From assembly GCF_009914755.1 (NCBI RefSeq), contig NC_060930.1: a stretch of 64,000 bases of DNA. One strand, written 5' to 3'. Below are positions 14,900-30,270 of the stretch, piece after piece (the stretch's first letter is position 1; each line of letters begins with the position of its first letter). A program made the position numbers and the translations under genes. The notes below the pieces were generated by a model. That model was not told the DNA's origin, made no database searches, and was given only the letters and a program-made list of their open reading frames with translations. This stretch comes from the human T2T-CHM13v2.0 reference genome, Homo sapiens.

Positions 14900-15168
14900 C
14901 AATACTTTGGGAGGCCAAGGCAGGTGGATCACGAAGTCAGGAGTTTGAGACCAGCCTGGCCAACATGGTGAAACCTCATCTCTACTAAAAATACAAAAAT
15001 TAGCTGGGCATGGTGGCGGGAGCCTGTATTCCCAGCTACTCAGGAGGGAGGCAGGAGAATCGCTTGAACTCGGGAGGCAGAGGTTGCAGTGAGTCGAGAT
15101 AGTGCCACTGCACTCCAGCCTGGGCAACAGAGCGAGACTCCGTCTCAAAAAAAAAAAAAAAAAAAAAA
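14900..15168 (+). mobile_element. Alu (5' truncated)
   Basis: Alu sequence with poly-A tail. Confidence 0.95.
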
Positions 15169-15961
15169 TCAACAATAATCCCTGCCACTGTAATGATGAC
15201 TTCGTCTCTCACCACCTCTGCAAAGGCTAAAAGCTTGCAAGCATCGTCTCCACTCTGGGCTCCTCCTCTGCCTGTCTCCGCCCTCAGCCCCTGCAGTCTG
15301 CTCTGGGGTTCCTCCTCCACTTCCCTCCGCCTGCTCTCACCAGCGGCCCTTCGTCTCATTAAACCCAGCGGACACATCCCAGACCTCATAGCACTGGAAT
15401 TCCCCGCAGCATGTGGCCCTGCGAACACCCCCTCCTGACAGCAGTCTCTTCCCTCAGCTTCTCACACTCCCCTTTTTTTAAGGAAACTTTTTTTAAGGAA
15501 AGTTGCTTGACTTTTCTCCATACTCTGGTCATTTCTCAGTTAAAACTGCTGCTGCATTTCCTCTGACTTTAATTGTTGTTCACTGGGCCTCTGTCCTGGT
15601 TTCTCTTCCTTTTCTATCAATACTCTTTGTACCTAGTGCTTTCGCTGTTCTGTTCAAGAAATTTTTCTTCACCTTGACGTCAAAAAGATATTATTCTATA
15701 TTATCTTGTAAAGCTCAGTTGTTTTGCCATTCCCATTAAATCTCAATCCAATTGGAACTTCTCTCTCTGGTGAGAGAAATGGATGAATCTGTTTTCCTCC
15801 ACATGGATATTCATTTGATGCAGTGCTGTTTAGGAAAAGACCATCTTTACCCACTGCTTATGGTATTTATTTGCCATAAATACCATAGTGTAAGCACATG
15901 TGTGTCTGCTCCTGGGCTCTGTGCTGTTGCATGCTGTTTGACTACAGTTGTGCCAATGTCA

Positions 15962-16345
<384 letters not shown>

Positions 16346-16585
16346 TCATAAATTGTGTTGTTTTAGTGGAACTGAAATTGCATTGAATACATATATCAAT
16401 TTGGGGAGAGCTTAACACCTTTACAATACTGATAATGTATGAACACAGTATTCCCACCCCCAATAGATTTAGATTTAATTTATCTTATGCTTCTTTATGT
16501 GCAAAGAAGTGTTATGCATCTTTGTTAGATTTATTCCTAAGTAATTTATATTTTTGATACAATTTAAATAGAATCTTTAAAATAA

Positions 16586-17036
<451 letters not shown>

Positions 17037-18127
17037 ATTTCTTCCTTTTCAGTATTTGTACATTTTGTTTCTTTACCATCCCTTAATGCACCAGCTTGAA
17101 CCTCCAGGTTAATGTTGGATAGAAATGGTGACAATGGGCGCACTTGCTTCTTTCTCTCATGCTATTTACCTATTATTATTTTCCCTAATATTATTTCTCT
17201 GGTTAGCTCAAAGTGTAATAATAGAATTATAGCTGAAAGAAATCTTGAGGGCCATTGGTGGAGATACCAAGAAGTGAATTAAATTCCTTAATGCCACACA
17301 TTGAAAGCAAAAACAGGGATTAAACCTGAAATATTCTAACTACTAGTTTAGTGCTCTTTCTCCTACAGGAAAGGCTTTCCGAAGAAGGAATACAATTAGG
17401 ACAAGTTCTTTTTATCTCCAAAAGTTAGGGAGACCATGAAGTTCAGAGCTTTTGGAGTTGAATAACTTGCAGGCCATGCCATTAACAAGGCAACCACAGT
17501 CAAGCCAAACACAGGGAGGCCTCACTGGATAAGCCCAACTCATTCCACTAGAGCTTCAGCCTATCACATCTCCAGGGAGCACCCAGAATGGGCACCAGAC
17601 CTATTCAATTTGGGAATCTCTAGTAATTCCACTGACTGTTCTCCATGGTCCTACATCAACCTATCCTGGTACCACACAAACAGGTGAATAGAACTGTTTC
17701 TAGACACCTCTCCTTTAATCTCCTGTAAGATCAAAGGAAATGATTTTACCCTTTCCTCTTTTCTTGGAGTTAAACTATTGGCAGAGCATGCCCAGTGATA
17801 CGTTTGTCTGTCCTCTTGCCATTGGCAGCACTTTCAATTCCTTTATTTCCTAGCCCCCTCACTGGCCCCTGCCTGCTAAACCTCATCCCAATTTTACAAT
17901 CTGATTTCACTGCTCCTTATAACTGGGCCGCTGAGCCCTGCTGGGACCTAGTCAGCCTAAAAAAGGATAATCAATTGATTTTCAACAGGGCCCCTCAAAA
18001 GACAGTGGAGATACCATACATAGCGCTAGACTATAAAGACCATAATCTGGTTGAGGAGACAAGATTAACACATGGGAATTGGACAGCAGGAAATGATATA
18101 ATTTCTGTTAGCAAATAATATACAATA

Positions 18128-18460
<333 letters not shown>

Positions 18461-19258
18461 CTAACAAGGGAATAAGTTCAAGAGTACTTAGTCTAGTACC
18501 CACAGTCCTGACTTCTGCTTTGTAATTGTTCCTGCTTTCTCACAAGTTACTCCCTGGCATCTTAGCTCTACTCACTGCTTCATTCTTCTCCCTTCCCCCA
18601 TCTAAGTCATTGAGGGAAATATTTGCTTTGGGTATTCTTGGTTGAAACTTGGCATGCACTTTCCTCTAAGACAGAGTGGTTAGGAATGATGTAAATACTT
18701 CAGTCACATTACAGGTTAAATGGGCTTTTGTGAAATGACTATTTATAACTATTTCTTTGGAAGAGTTGTTCTGAATACAAAATGACGTGCTTTCAAATGA
18801 AATTTCAGAACACAGACCCTTCTTTTAGCTACAAATACTCAAGACTAAGCACTCAGGAAGTGTGTCCTGCCAGTGCCATGATGTTTTCCTTCATTGGCGA
18901 TGTTGATTGTCTTGTTATCGTATAAAGGCAAAAGAATAACTATGGAAGTACCCAGCAATAGAGCGTGGTCGGTCACATGCTCTTCGTTTTCATGGAGACA
19001 AGCATTCTTCTACTCCTCATGGTCTTCTCCTCTACAAGGACAGGAGAACTAAAAACATTTTAGGAGAATGGACTGGATGTGGCTTTTGTACAACCACAGC
19101 ACCCAAGTCTGTAAAATGAACCATGAGATCTTGGTTTGCACTCTTGGCCTAACCTGAGGAAGACAGCTTTTAGAACACGTATTATTCATCATTCAGAGGC
19201 TGCTAAATAATAAAGTGGAGCTGGATTTAAGGAAGACAATTTCCCAGAGTGTCTATGG

Positions 19259-19410
19259 CAGTGCCACTCAAAGTGTGGTCCATGGACCTATAGCATCAGC
19301 CTCACCTGGAAGGTTATTAGAAATGCAGATTCTTTGGGCCACCAAGAATCTCTGAAGTCCAAGTATCTGGCTTCAACAAGGTTTCCAAGGGATTTTTATG
19401 CATACCAAAG
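19259..19410 (+). mobile_element. MER5-type hAT DNA transposon
   Basis: ctcaaagtgtggtcc...agcatcagcctcacctgg...ttagaaatgcagatt. Confidence 0.75.
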
Positions 19411-19642
19411 AGAACAAACGAGGCTGTCTTCCTTCTCTCGGTCCTGTGGAACCAGCATTGGTGACAATTTGCTGGGACTTGTAAAGGTTGCGTGGCTCCC
19501 AAAGTGCCCTGCCTGGCTGTGATGGGGCAGATGGTTGGCTGAGCTCAGGGCCCGGCACAGAGCAGCGCTGTGGAAAGAATGCACCTGGCACAGCCCTGGG
19601 TACCTTCTGCATCTGCTTGTACCCTATAAACTTCCTCTTAAC

Positions 19643-20022
19643 TGTTAGGGGCTGAATTGTGTTCCCCAAAATTCATATCTTGAAGTCCTAATCCCCAGTA
19701 CCTCAGAATGGAATCCTTTTTGGAAATAGGGTCTTTAAAGAGGTAATTAAGTTAAAGTGAAGTTATGAGGGTGGCCTCCTAATCCAATGCCTAGGTCCTT
19801 ACAAGAAGAGGAGATTAGGAGACAGGCATACACGGAGAAAAGATCAAGTGAAGACAGAGGAAGAAGGTAGCCATCTACGATCTGAGGAGGGAGGTCACAA
19901 GAAACCGCCCCTGTCAACACCTTGATCTTGGACTTCTAGACTCCAGAACTGTGAGCAATTAACTTCTGTTTTGAAGCTTCCAGTCTGTGGTACTGGGTTG
20001 TGGAAGCCCTAGCACATGACCA
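19643..20022 (+). mobile_element. MaLR LTR (MLT1-like)
   Basis: tgttaggggctgaattgtgttcccc...gacttctagactccagaactgtgag. Confidence 0.85.
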
Positions 20023-21039
20023 CCCTCCCCATCTCTGCCCTCAAGTGCCTGAAGTGCTTCACGCAGAGCTCAGCCCAGAGTGATGGCTAGTTCCTGCAGC
20101 AGCACACCACTGGCCTTTGCAGTGGGGATGTTCACCAGATTTTCTGCAATGGGCCATTTGTGCAGAACACCTGAGCCCAGTTCTGCCTCTGATGAGAATG
20201 TAATCACCTGGGTCCTGATGTCCAACCAGGCCTGACACTCAAGAGTCTAGGCTTCTAGTGTTTACCACTAGCTACAGGTGTATTTTTGGGAAAGGCTCTC
20301 ACTCTGGGTTTGTTTCTTTATATATAAAACGGAGACATTAGTGACCTTAACATTGACAAGTCTCTTTCTCACCCCTATAGAAAAGATCAAATGAAGCAAT
20401 ATACGTAAAGCATGAAAATACATTGTAAATGGAAGGTGGGGTCATGGACTATTGTTTTCACTTTGCCATTAGGGCTGTGATTAGCAAACGTTTTCTAGGT
20501 GTGCAGCTTGGACAGAACAGCAGCTGGGAGCCCAGAAGAGGCATCTGCTTCATGCAGCTCAGTCACCTGGTAGAACTGAAGGGCCCTCAGCTTCAACAGG
20601 CAGCCAATCCTTTGGAAACTTGCCAAAAAGTCCTGTATATTTTTGTAATATACACGTTTATATTTAATATACACGTTTATAATAGTCACGTTTATATTTT
20701 TGTAATCTGTTTGTTACTAGACACTTTCATCTCCACTTCAGGGCATGTGAGTGAGAGAGACAGAGGATTATGTGTGTGTTCCAACTCTCAGCAGATTGTC
20801 TAGAATTTGGGCTCCATCTTGCCTGTCCTTAGTTTAAACATCACATTCCTTCCTGCTCTCATTAAAGAATGCCGGTATCTTGGATCAATATGGGTACAAT
20901 TAGATTAAAAATAAAGGTCCCCTTATTTCTGAGTTTAAGACATCAGAACAAAGAAGTCATACCAAGGGCTCTGCTCATCCAGGAAACGCAGCAGATTGAG
21001 GGCTAAATGACACTAGACAAAACAAGGGAATGTTTTGAG

Positions 21040-21557
21040 AGATCATTGGTAGGGTTTAGACTCAAAGACTTCTATTTAATTCAAACCACATAACAAATAG
21101 TGATGATATCATTAAAATAAATATCCCACATGGGCCATCCTGTCCCTCCCATATCACAGCACTGACATCATTTTTGCATATTCTATCCATGCCATTTTCC
21201 ATATTCTGCTGAAAGGTCACAATTCTGTCAGTAATGAGATTCAGCCCCTAGTCAAGCCGTTCCAAGACACCACCGCCCATTTCCAAAACAATTTTGAGGG
21301 CGGCTTCCCAGCAGTATGAGTTCCAGAGAGCAGATGTCTCCCTGGGTGTGAGCTGCAAGTTGAACTGGGGCAGCACCACGGCCATCGATGCTGTGGCCAG
21401 GCCACCTGGGAGGACCATAGTAGCACACAATATCCAGGAGGTGAGAGCTGCCACAAAGCAGGTGGAGGGGGACCAAAAGGGGCCCAGTGGCACCATCTTT
21501 CTGGGGCCAACCCTGGAGTCCATGCTAGTGCAGCCACAATTGTCAAATAATAAATCC
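21040..21557 (-). pseudogene. Exon remnant ~PKD1 exons 45-46 (last TM and C-terminal tail)
   Basis: gtttcag| acceptor; WE/PQNC/EMGGGVLERLD*GLNLITDRIVTFQQNME ~ WEPQDYEMVELFLRRLRLWMGLSKVKEFRHKVRFEGME (TAG at Trp); FELNRSL*V*TL ~ FDRLNQATEDVYQL. Confidence 0.75.
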
Positions 21558-21619
21558 CTGAAACAAGACTAGGAGCCACAGTTTGTCTAAAGATTTAAAA
21601 GCTCTTTGGAGTTAAGTAG

Positions 21620-21830
21620 TACTGGGACAGGGCCCTGGTTCTGTTTTCTGTGTAGCTGTGTGGCTTTCAGTAAATTGCTTAGGATCTCTGAGCCTCAGTT
21701 TCCCCAACAGTAAGACAAGAATGATAACGATCCCTTCCTCATAGGCTTATTGTGAGAATTATGAGGTAATGCATGTAAAGTGCCTAGCACAGCAGCCAGA
21801 ACATCGTGAGCCCCCCATAAATGCTGACTG
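21620..21830 (+). mobile_element. MIR
   Basis: ctctgagcctcagtttcccc...gtaatgcatgtaaagtgcctagcac. Confidence 0.8.
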
Positions 21831-22309
21831 CTATTTTTACTGTTAATGAGGATCTTAGGATTATGCTGAACTTGGACATCTGTCGCAATAAGGACTTACC
21901 ACCTCTCTTGTTGGGGCTGGGATGTAAGGTACATTTGACACTTGAGGAATGTGGTGATTCTCAGAACAGAAAGGGAGAGAAGTACATATCTGTGAGTGTC
22001 CTGGAATCCTCAGAGGCTATGTCATTAGTTACACATCTTTTTCTCCATGTAAAATGTGGATCTGTGCATGGGCTCATTCTTGAGCTCATTTACTGAGTCA
22101 ATAAGACTTGTTTACTTTCCCCATTCTGCTGTGGCTACGTACTTTTTGCCTTTATATTAACAAACCCCCTTCACCTCCCCCAGCATCCAGTAACCTTCCT
22201 AGTCCCACCTGAGTCAGATGGAAAGGGCTGTTTTAGGCCACTAACAATTTAGTGTGGATTAATACAACATGTTAGCCTTCCCAGGGGTGTTTACCTTTCA
22301 AAAGAGAAT

Positions 22310-22630
22310 GCATGGGAGAGAAATAGAATCTTTTGATTACTGTATCAGGAGAATGATATACACATAGATTATCTGGATTTCAGCAGCGCAGTTGACAAAA
22401 GCTCTCAAAATATCCATGTGAAAGAGATGGAGAAATATAGACTGGAAGGAGCCCAGTTCTGCTTATGATCAGTTCAATGCCCTTGACCAAAAAATACTTA
22501 TTAACAAAATAAAGGTGCAAGAGAGTAGTGTCCTTGGAAAGGGGCACTGGGTCACATCCTGGTCAACACTTTTATCAGTAACATGAATGAAAACACAGAT
22601 GGCATGCTGAACAAGCTCACAGATGGTGGA
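22310..22630 (+). mobile_element. CR1/L3 LINE reverse-transcriptase fragment
   Basis: YLDFSSAVDKSSQNIHVKEMEKYRL and LGHILVNTFISNMNENTDGMLNKLTDG resemble CR1 RT motifs YLDFSKAFD and LFNIFINDL...KFADD. Confidence 0.75.
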
Positions 22631-22848
22631 TTTGTAGCTGGTACATTTTGATGATCAAGACTATTCCATGCTCTTATTTGACATAAGGGTGTGGTTTAAT
22701 GGGCCAAATCATTCCATGATTGAGTTCCCCCTCAGTCCAGGTGATGTGCCAGGCAATTTGCACATATTCTCTCTAAAGAGATAGATTATTGCCTTCATAT
22801 TATGAATAAGGAAATTGATGTTCATCCTGGTTAAAAAAACTTGAAGGG

Positions 22849-23173
<325 letters not shown>

Positions 23174-25054
23174 CTACAGCTAAAAGGAAGGACATATCAT
23201 TACATATTGTATGCTTGTATCAAAATATCACATGTACCCCATAAATATGGACAACTATTATGTACCCATAATAACTACAAATAAAGAAAAAACTTTAAGC
23301 AAATCAAATCAAAGGAAAGACACACTGAGACTGGAATTGAGATCCTTTAAATCTACATAACTCCGAAGTATGGGCTCTTTCATGACCTCACACAGCTTAT
23401 GTGTTAGTTCTGTACTTCCCTTTAAAGTGTACATGTTATATGATGGAGGGAAATGATGTCTAACACAGTTTCTGGCGCATGTAGATGCAGAAATACTTGT
23501 GGGAATTCAAAGAGGAGCAAGTGGGAGGGAGGAAGAGCGGGAGGACAATATCTGCTTTAATCTGTGCTAGTAATCTTGACCAATGAGAAACAGCTGAAGA
23601 TATTTAGTTTGGCAAATGGTGACACACTAGTTCTCTTCAAATATTTAAAAAACTGTTATGTGGAAGAAGTATTAGATGCAACCCAGGGAGGTGGATTTTA
23701 ATTCAGTCATCGCTGGAACTTTCTGAAATAAGGAGCGAGCATTGTTGATTCATGCAGCAGGCTGCCTCCTGGGGTGGCATCCTGTCCTTGAAGGTCTTCA
23801 GGCCATATGGGGTCGCCACTCACTGGAGGTGATAGAGAAGGGACCCTAGAGCAGGAGCAGTGGGATCAACAACCTCTGCTTTATAAAAATTTTCTGGGAG
23901 GATTTCAGATATGTTAGCCTTTGGGTGGGACTCTTGGTTGTGGAGGGAGTGCTCTCTATCCTTAAAGTATACCTCATGGGTTTCTGCCTCCCCACTGGAC
24001 ATGCAAAAGTTATAAGTATCAAATAGACATCGGCCCTTGTTATGCCAAATGCCAGCTAAACAGTGGCCTAATTTGAAGGAAAGGGCTAAAGGTCCCTAAA
24101 GCAGGCGTCTGGGGAAAAGAAAAACCCTCGAAAGTACAGCAGGGTGCTCTGGGAAGCACAAAATAGGCTTTGTTCTGTTGCTGCAAGCCTGTGCCAGCCA
24201 AGCAGTGAGCAAATGGAAAACCATCCTGCCAGCCTGCATTGATCATCCAGGCCATCTTGCTTTATTCACAGATTCTTATGGCCCTTCTTGCTGGGACACT
24301 TATGCTGATGAGTTTGAGCTGTATGGAGTGTTGCTAGTCTTTTTCTTTTAATTTTCAAGACAGTAAACCGGGAAGAGCTTTAGACATCCTCCCAGTAACT
24401 GGAATACTAACAATAAAACACACGAAGACCACAGCCTGCTTGATTATTTCCTAATTTTCTCTTTATGCTGGTTCCAGCCCTGAGACCCTGCCAGATGCAG
24501 AAAGCTTCCTTCATGACAGCACAAATAGTTTCCATTTCCCAGCTGAGAGCCAACATCCAAGAGGATCTTCTGATGTGAAACTGAATGAAACAAAAGATGG
24601 CCCAGAACCCAGCTGCAGCCAGGAAACAGAGGTTCAGAAGCCAGAAAACCTCTGCAATGTCCCAGAAATCCCCACAGAGCAGAGAGAGGGCACATTGGCT
24701 ACTCTATGCAAGGAAGCATGCTTGCAGCACAGCCTCCAGCTACTTGTCTAACAAAGATGTTTTCAAGTTCTTCATGAACTTTTGTAAAAATACATTTCAC
24801 ATGATACTTCTAATAGTGAGCTCTCAGTCCTATTCTGTTTTCATTTGTCTATACAGGGTTCCATAAATTTATCCATCTGTCATTTTTTCATTTGTTGTTT
24901 TATTCATTTAGCAAACATATTGAGCATCTCATAATTCATTCATTTCTTCAATATGTTTTGAGCACCTATCACAAGCCAAAATAGGGTTGGGTTAAAGAGG
25001 TCAATATAATTGGTTTCTGCTCAGTATCATTGCCCCTATTCACTGAGCACATTC

Positions 25055-25377
25055 TTTTTCTTTTCCTTTTCCTTTTTTTTTTGGAGACAAATCTCACTCT
25101 GTCACCCAGGCTGGAGTGCAGTAGCATGATCACTGCTCACTGCAGCCTGAAACCTTCCACATTCAAGCAATCCTCCAACCTCAGACCTCAATCTCCTGAG
25201 TAGTTGGGAGCACAGGCATGTACCACCATGCCTGGCTACTTTTTTAAAAAATTTTTTTGTAGAGATGGGGTCTCCCGATGTTGCCCCATCTGGTCTTGTG
25301 CTCCTAGCCTCACACAATCCTCCCACCTTGGCCTTCCAAAGTGCTGGGATTACAGGCATGAGCCAGCACCCCAGCCA
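25055..25377 (-). mobile_element. Alu (AluJ-like)
   Basis: Reverse Alu dimer. Confidence 0.9.
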
Positions 25378-25399
25378 GAGCTCTGCACTTCCAAAGAGC

Positions 25400-26340
25400 T
25401 TTCACCCACAGGCAAAATGCTCTCAACTATTTATCTCCAACTCTGTTTTCCAGAGCCTTCAGCCAGATGTCAATGCACTGGCTGGATCCAGCCTCTTCTG
25501 AATGTCCCACTGACCTTGAAACATCGACTCAGTGAGAACTGAACTCATGTCCTACCCCTCTCAGGCTTCTGAGTCTTCCCCATTGCTTCCCATTTCTCCT
25601 TTTCTCATTTTTCATTTTCTCAGTACCTGAGCTCAGGCTCAAAGATAACTTTGATGTTCCTTTCTCCTTTACTCAAGACAATAGCAATGTTCACCTCCAA
25701 TATGTCAAACAATTGTTTTCTTCCATTTCTGCTGCTATCATCCAAGGACTGGACAGGAGCCCAGCAGTTCTGGACTTTAGAAACAGCCTCTCAACTGTTC
25801 TTCTGGCCTTCACGTCACCACACTCTGGTTCATCCTGAACTTTGCCACCAGAATAACCTCCCTAATTCACATTCTCACGATGTCACTTTGCTACCCATTA
25901 CCTACAAGACATTACACTAGGATGGCATTCACAATCCTCTGCCATATACCTTATCCTCTACTAGTCCCCAGATGTTCCATGTGCCCCTCAAAACTGGAAA
26001 ATCCCCTTTGCCAGATACTCTCTAGGCTTTCCTGCCTCCATGCCTTTTCTTATGCTATTCCCCTTGGCTGGTGCCCCCTTTCCAATTTCTGCCTTCAGCA
26101 ATCCTCCCAGACCTAGCCTTCTAGCCCAGGCCCTCCATGAAACCTTTTTACCACCTCTCTGGTGATGAATGCCTTCTTCCCTGAACTCAAGTCACACTGA
26201 TTGCATCTCTCATGTTCATGCAACACTTACTCATACCTCATCTTTCCTTTCAGTGCCTGAGCTTCCTGAGGTCAGCACTCTGCCATGTCAATCATTGAGA
26301 GGGACTGCCTACTCAAGTTCCACGTTATTTTGCACAGGGA
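25400..26340 (-). mobile_element. L2 fragments
   Basis: Degenerate pyrimidine-rich L2-like sequence; approximate limits. Confidence 0.6.
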
Positions 26341-27966
26341 GATGAATGGACAAAAGCTTTTTCATGAAAAGGAATGAGTGGATAATGCAAGATTAAAGGT
26401 ACAGAAAAGGAAATAGAAGGGGAAAATCTTATAAAATAGAAAGGGAAAGAACCGAGGCAAAGGGCGTGGGTCCACTTTAGACTAGTGGTGAAATCTCTCT
26501 TTTTTTCTGACTTTTCAGGGAAGGATGGAGAGTGGAGGAAATACTAAGGAGGTGACATGCCTGGTGCTTTCAGAAATCCAGAATGAGGCAGTGCTTCTGC
26601 TGCGGTGAGGGAGGGCACAGCAAAATCGACAAATGCCTCACTCTGTGACTTGGGCAAGTCACCCTCCAACCCTGGTTCTTCATTTGTAACACTGGGGAAA
26701 GGGCAGCCCCTATCATGCATTTGTTTAATGCATATGAAATAATATAAGCAAAAGGTTTAGCACAATGCCGGGCCCCCATCACATTAATTGATATGGGTGT
26801 TTCCTGTGGGTGGCTGCAAAGGGGAGGAGCTGAAAGTCTTGGAGTCTAGAAATGTCAGGAAGTGTGAGAGAGATGTAAGCAACAAGCTGTTGAAGCAGAT
26901 GTTAAAATTGAGAAAAGATCACAAACAGGAGGAGGCCTGATTAGGTGGCAAAATAAGTGATGAATTAAGAGCTTTTATCAGGATCTTAAAAATAGGGATT
27001 GGCTATCTGTAACACTTACCTAGGATCATAGAGGTAGTTTGGGTAGGCATCAGTAACTGGCTATAACAAGAACCTGTTATAGAGAATGGTATAAAAGTGA
27101 AATGCTTCTTCCCTCCTAAATGCAATTCCCTTCACTGCATCATCAGTAAACCTTGTCTTAATTCATTCCTTCCTAGGACTCATCTCTCTCCTCTTCAGAC
27201 TCTAGTACTGTCCCAGGACTTCAAAGTAGGTGAGGGACAAACTTCAATGTCCAGAGCTCCCCAGCCCCCTGAGCTACTTCGCCAACATCTCACATCGGGG
27301 CTTACACGTCTCTATGGCATAGTGATTTCTGGAGTGAGAAAAGGAATTAAGGACAACTGCCCACCCAGGGGAGCATATTAAACTAATTTTAATTAGGAAC
27401 AAGAATACGAGGGCATCTCTATAGAGTTATTTAAACGGCCCTGGAAGAAATCCCTCTCTCAGTTTACATGGCCCTGGCCTCCTTGTTGGGAAGACTTTTA
27501 GTGTCTCTATTATGCTAAGGGTTCATCAGGTGGTTTTCCAATCTATCTCAGCACATACAACTGTGATTGCAGGTAAATGCTCTAAACCTGAGACTGTCCC
27601 AGAGACCTAAGAAAAATAGCTGGCATGTTCTTAGGGAAATTAAGAAACCTAATTAGAAGACAGAATAACCATAGGTGTGCTGAAACTATACCTATGGGTA
27701 AGCTCAAGATTTTTCTGAAAAGACTGTTTTGGACATAGATCAGGAGTTCTAGAACTTTAGCATGAAAAAGAATTGCCCAGCAGATGCCAGGTCCATCTCC
27801 TGGTTTAGAGAGCCTAAGGTGGGACCTAGGAATCTGCATTTTTAGCAAGCTTTCCAGGTGATGCTCATCCTAGTGGTCCACAGACCACACTCTGAAAAAC
27901 ATGACCACAGAGTATGGCTGTGATAACTTTGCCAAGAAAATTTTTCAGAGCAAAGCTGTGCATAGA

Positions 27967-28028
27967 TGTGTATGTGTGTGTGTGTGTGTGTGTGTGTATA
28001 CACACACACACATACACACACACACACA
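27967..28028. repeat. (TG)n-TA-(CA)n inverted microsatellite
   Basis: Direct reading. Confidence 0.95.
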
Positions 28029-28739
28029 AAGGGTCCATAGAAATCTAATTTTAAGCAATGCTACCTCCTGGTTAACCCTCAAACATAAACTAGTTGTAAA
28101 ATGTATCCATCGGAAGCTAAGTAAGTTGATTTGCTGTACATGGATTTTGGATAGAAGCCAATTAAAACTCTCAGGTCTTTTTGACATAAACTGCACTTGA
28201 GTTATTGATTTTCTTTTTTTGAAGCTCAAACACAGGAGTTTACATTTATTCCTGTTTCCACCCCTGGTTTCATCTGAGTGGCTGGCTTGAGTCCATGAAG
28301 CTGGCCTCACTTGCCCTATGCTCTCAACAGCTGAATTCATAAGGGACAACCCTGCATTTAAGCTTGTAGAATGTTTATCAAAGTCAGTCTATTTTCTTGA
28401 ATTGACAATGAACAACGTATTCTATTTAAAGTTTTTCATTTTCTTCCTAAGTTTAATTCCTTATTTGGCAGTTAACTAAAAAAAAAAAATGACTTAATGC
28501 TTCTTGAAGTCTTTCAGTACCTAAAGGGCAATAACTATGTTCCATTCATCTTTAGGTGACACCAGTTCTTAATGACAGAGGGTAGCAAATGATTGCTGAA
28601 TGAGGGAATGAGTGAATTCAGCAGTTTATAAATTACTTTAGAATTTGAACCAAATTTTCCAATGAAACAAGATTTTACCTGATGGTTAAATGTCCATGCT
28701 AGCACCAAAAACCAATTAAGTAATTGATTAATATAGATC

Positions 28740-28925
28740 AGCTGTTCTCAAGCGTGGTTTTCTCCTGCCCGGCAGCAATAGCTTCACCTGGAAACTTGTT
28801 AGAAATGCAATTAGGGAGCCCTCACCCCAGATCAACTGAATTGGAAACGCTGGGAGTGGGCCCAGCAATCTATGGTTTAACCTGGTCTCCAGGTGATCCA
28901 GGTGCACTAAAGTTTGAGAACCTCT
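28740..28925 (+). mobile_element. MER5A-type DNA transposon
   Basis: ttctcaagcgtgg...cttgttagaaatgcaa...aaagtttgagaacc. Confidence 0.8.
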
Positions 28926-29699
28926 AAGATAGTGTTGGTTCTTTGGAGGCCACACACATTGCTGGCTCGATAAAGTGTTTTGCTCTATAAATGTAATTTG
29001 TGATTCAAAACATTTCATTAGCCCTTACTGTATACTAGGAACTGAGCTAAACATTCAGAATAAAGACAATAAAGATGAACTGATATTTTACCATATTATA
29101 TTTTTCTTCAGCATCAACATACTATATATTCATGGTAAAAATTTTGAAGTTTAAAAATAAGTACATAAGCAGGAGGTGGGGAAACTCACATAATCCCATC
29201 ACCCAGAGGCGACCTGTGTAATACCAGTGAAGTCTAAAGAGTAGTACCAAGAATGACCCTGAGTCCTGCGTCTGAGGCTGGTTTGAGAAGGTTCCAGAGC
29301 TTGGGCAGCCTTACAAGCAGCAGCACAGAAGGCCCTGGAGATGCCAGGGGTTGAAGCAGCCAACTGGTACATGCTGCTGTATTTTCAGCCAGCGTTAGCG
29401 TGACCAGCTGTCCTTCTTTGCCCAGTGTTTGGACATAGGACTTGAAGTGCCCAGTGTTAGCACCTCCTGGGGAACCCCTCAGTCCCCAGCAACTCAGGAC
29501 AGACAGTTGGTGACCCTAAGCAGATGTTTCTTCCTGTTATGAAGAAAAAAGGTCTGAGGACTTCGGACGGCTGCGATGTGATAGAAGTAATGCTGGAGTC
29601 AGAAGTCCTGAGTCCAAGCCAAGGTCTGCCACTTACTAGGTGAGCCTGGCAATTTATGGAACTTCCCAGAGGCTGTGAACATTAAATAACCTCAATTTG

Positions 29700-30270
29700 C
29701 TTGCCATGTATCTCAGAGTCAAAGCCAAAGTATTTACAGTGGCCTCCATGGTCCCTCAGAACCCACCCTTTCTCTACCCTCTCAGCTTTCCTCTAGTGTT
29801 CCCATGGCACACTCCATTCTAGCTCCACTAGCCTTCTTGCTATTCCCCAGACACACAAGGTGTTTCCACCCCAGGTCCTTTGCACTGGCTCCTCTCTGCC
29901 TGGGACAGCAACTCTTCACTCAGACATCCACAGTCTTGCTCCCACACTTCTTCAGGTCATCCAAGAGCCACCTTACCAGTGAGGTTTTCCCCAATCACCC
30001 AATATAAAACAGCAATGACCCTCCCCCTTCCCTCCTGGCCTTACCCCTACCCCTCTCACACTCAGCAGTCTCTATCCCTTTCCCTGCTTTATCTTTCATA
30101 GCACTTATCACCAGCTGACCTGCACTTTATTTTTTGCTGGTGTATTTTCTGTCATCTCCAACTAGACCATGGGCCCTATTTCAGCAGAGATGTCTGTAAC
30201 CTTGGTGACTCAAATAGTGCCAAGCACTGTGAGCAATGAATGCTTGATGGAAGAATAAATGAATGAATGG
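29700..30270 (-). mobile_element. L2
   Basis: L2 3' end with (aatg)n tail. Confidence 0.75.

Noticed and set aside
21270-21315. WEAALKIVLE as the PKD1 TM5 motif WEPLKVLLE
   Set aside because: Out of order: TM4-5 motifs map to 36-37 kb, and the flanks here match WEPQDYEM...RLRLWMGL.
21252-21476. Ankyrin-repeat-like reading (PLHLL...DGRGAAPVQLAA)
   Set aside because: Single isolated frame; the same DNA is better explained by the PKD1 exon 45-46 alignment, which fits the collinear series.
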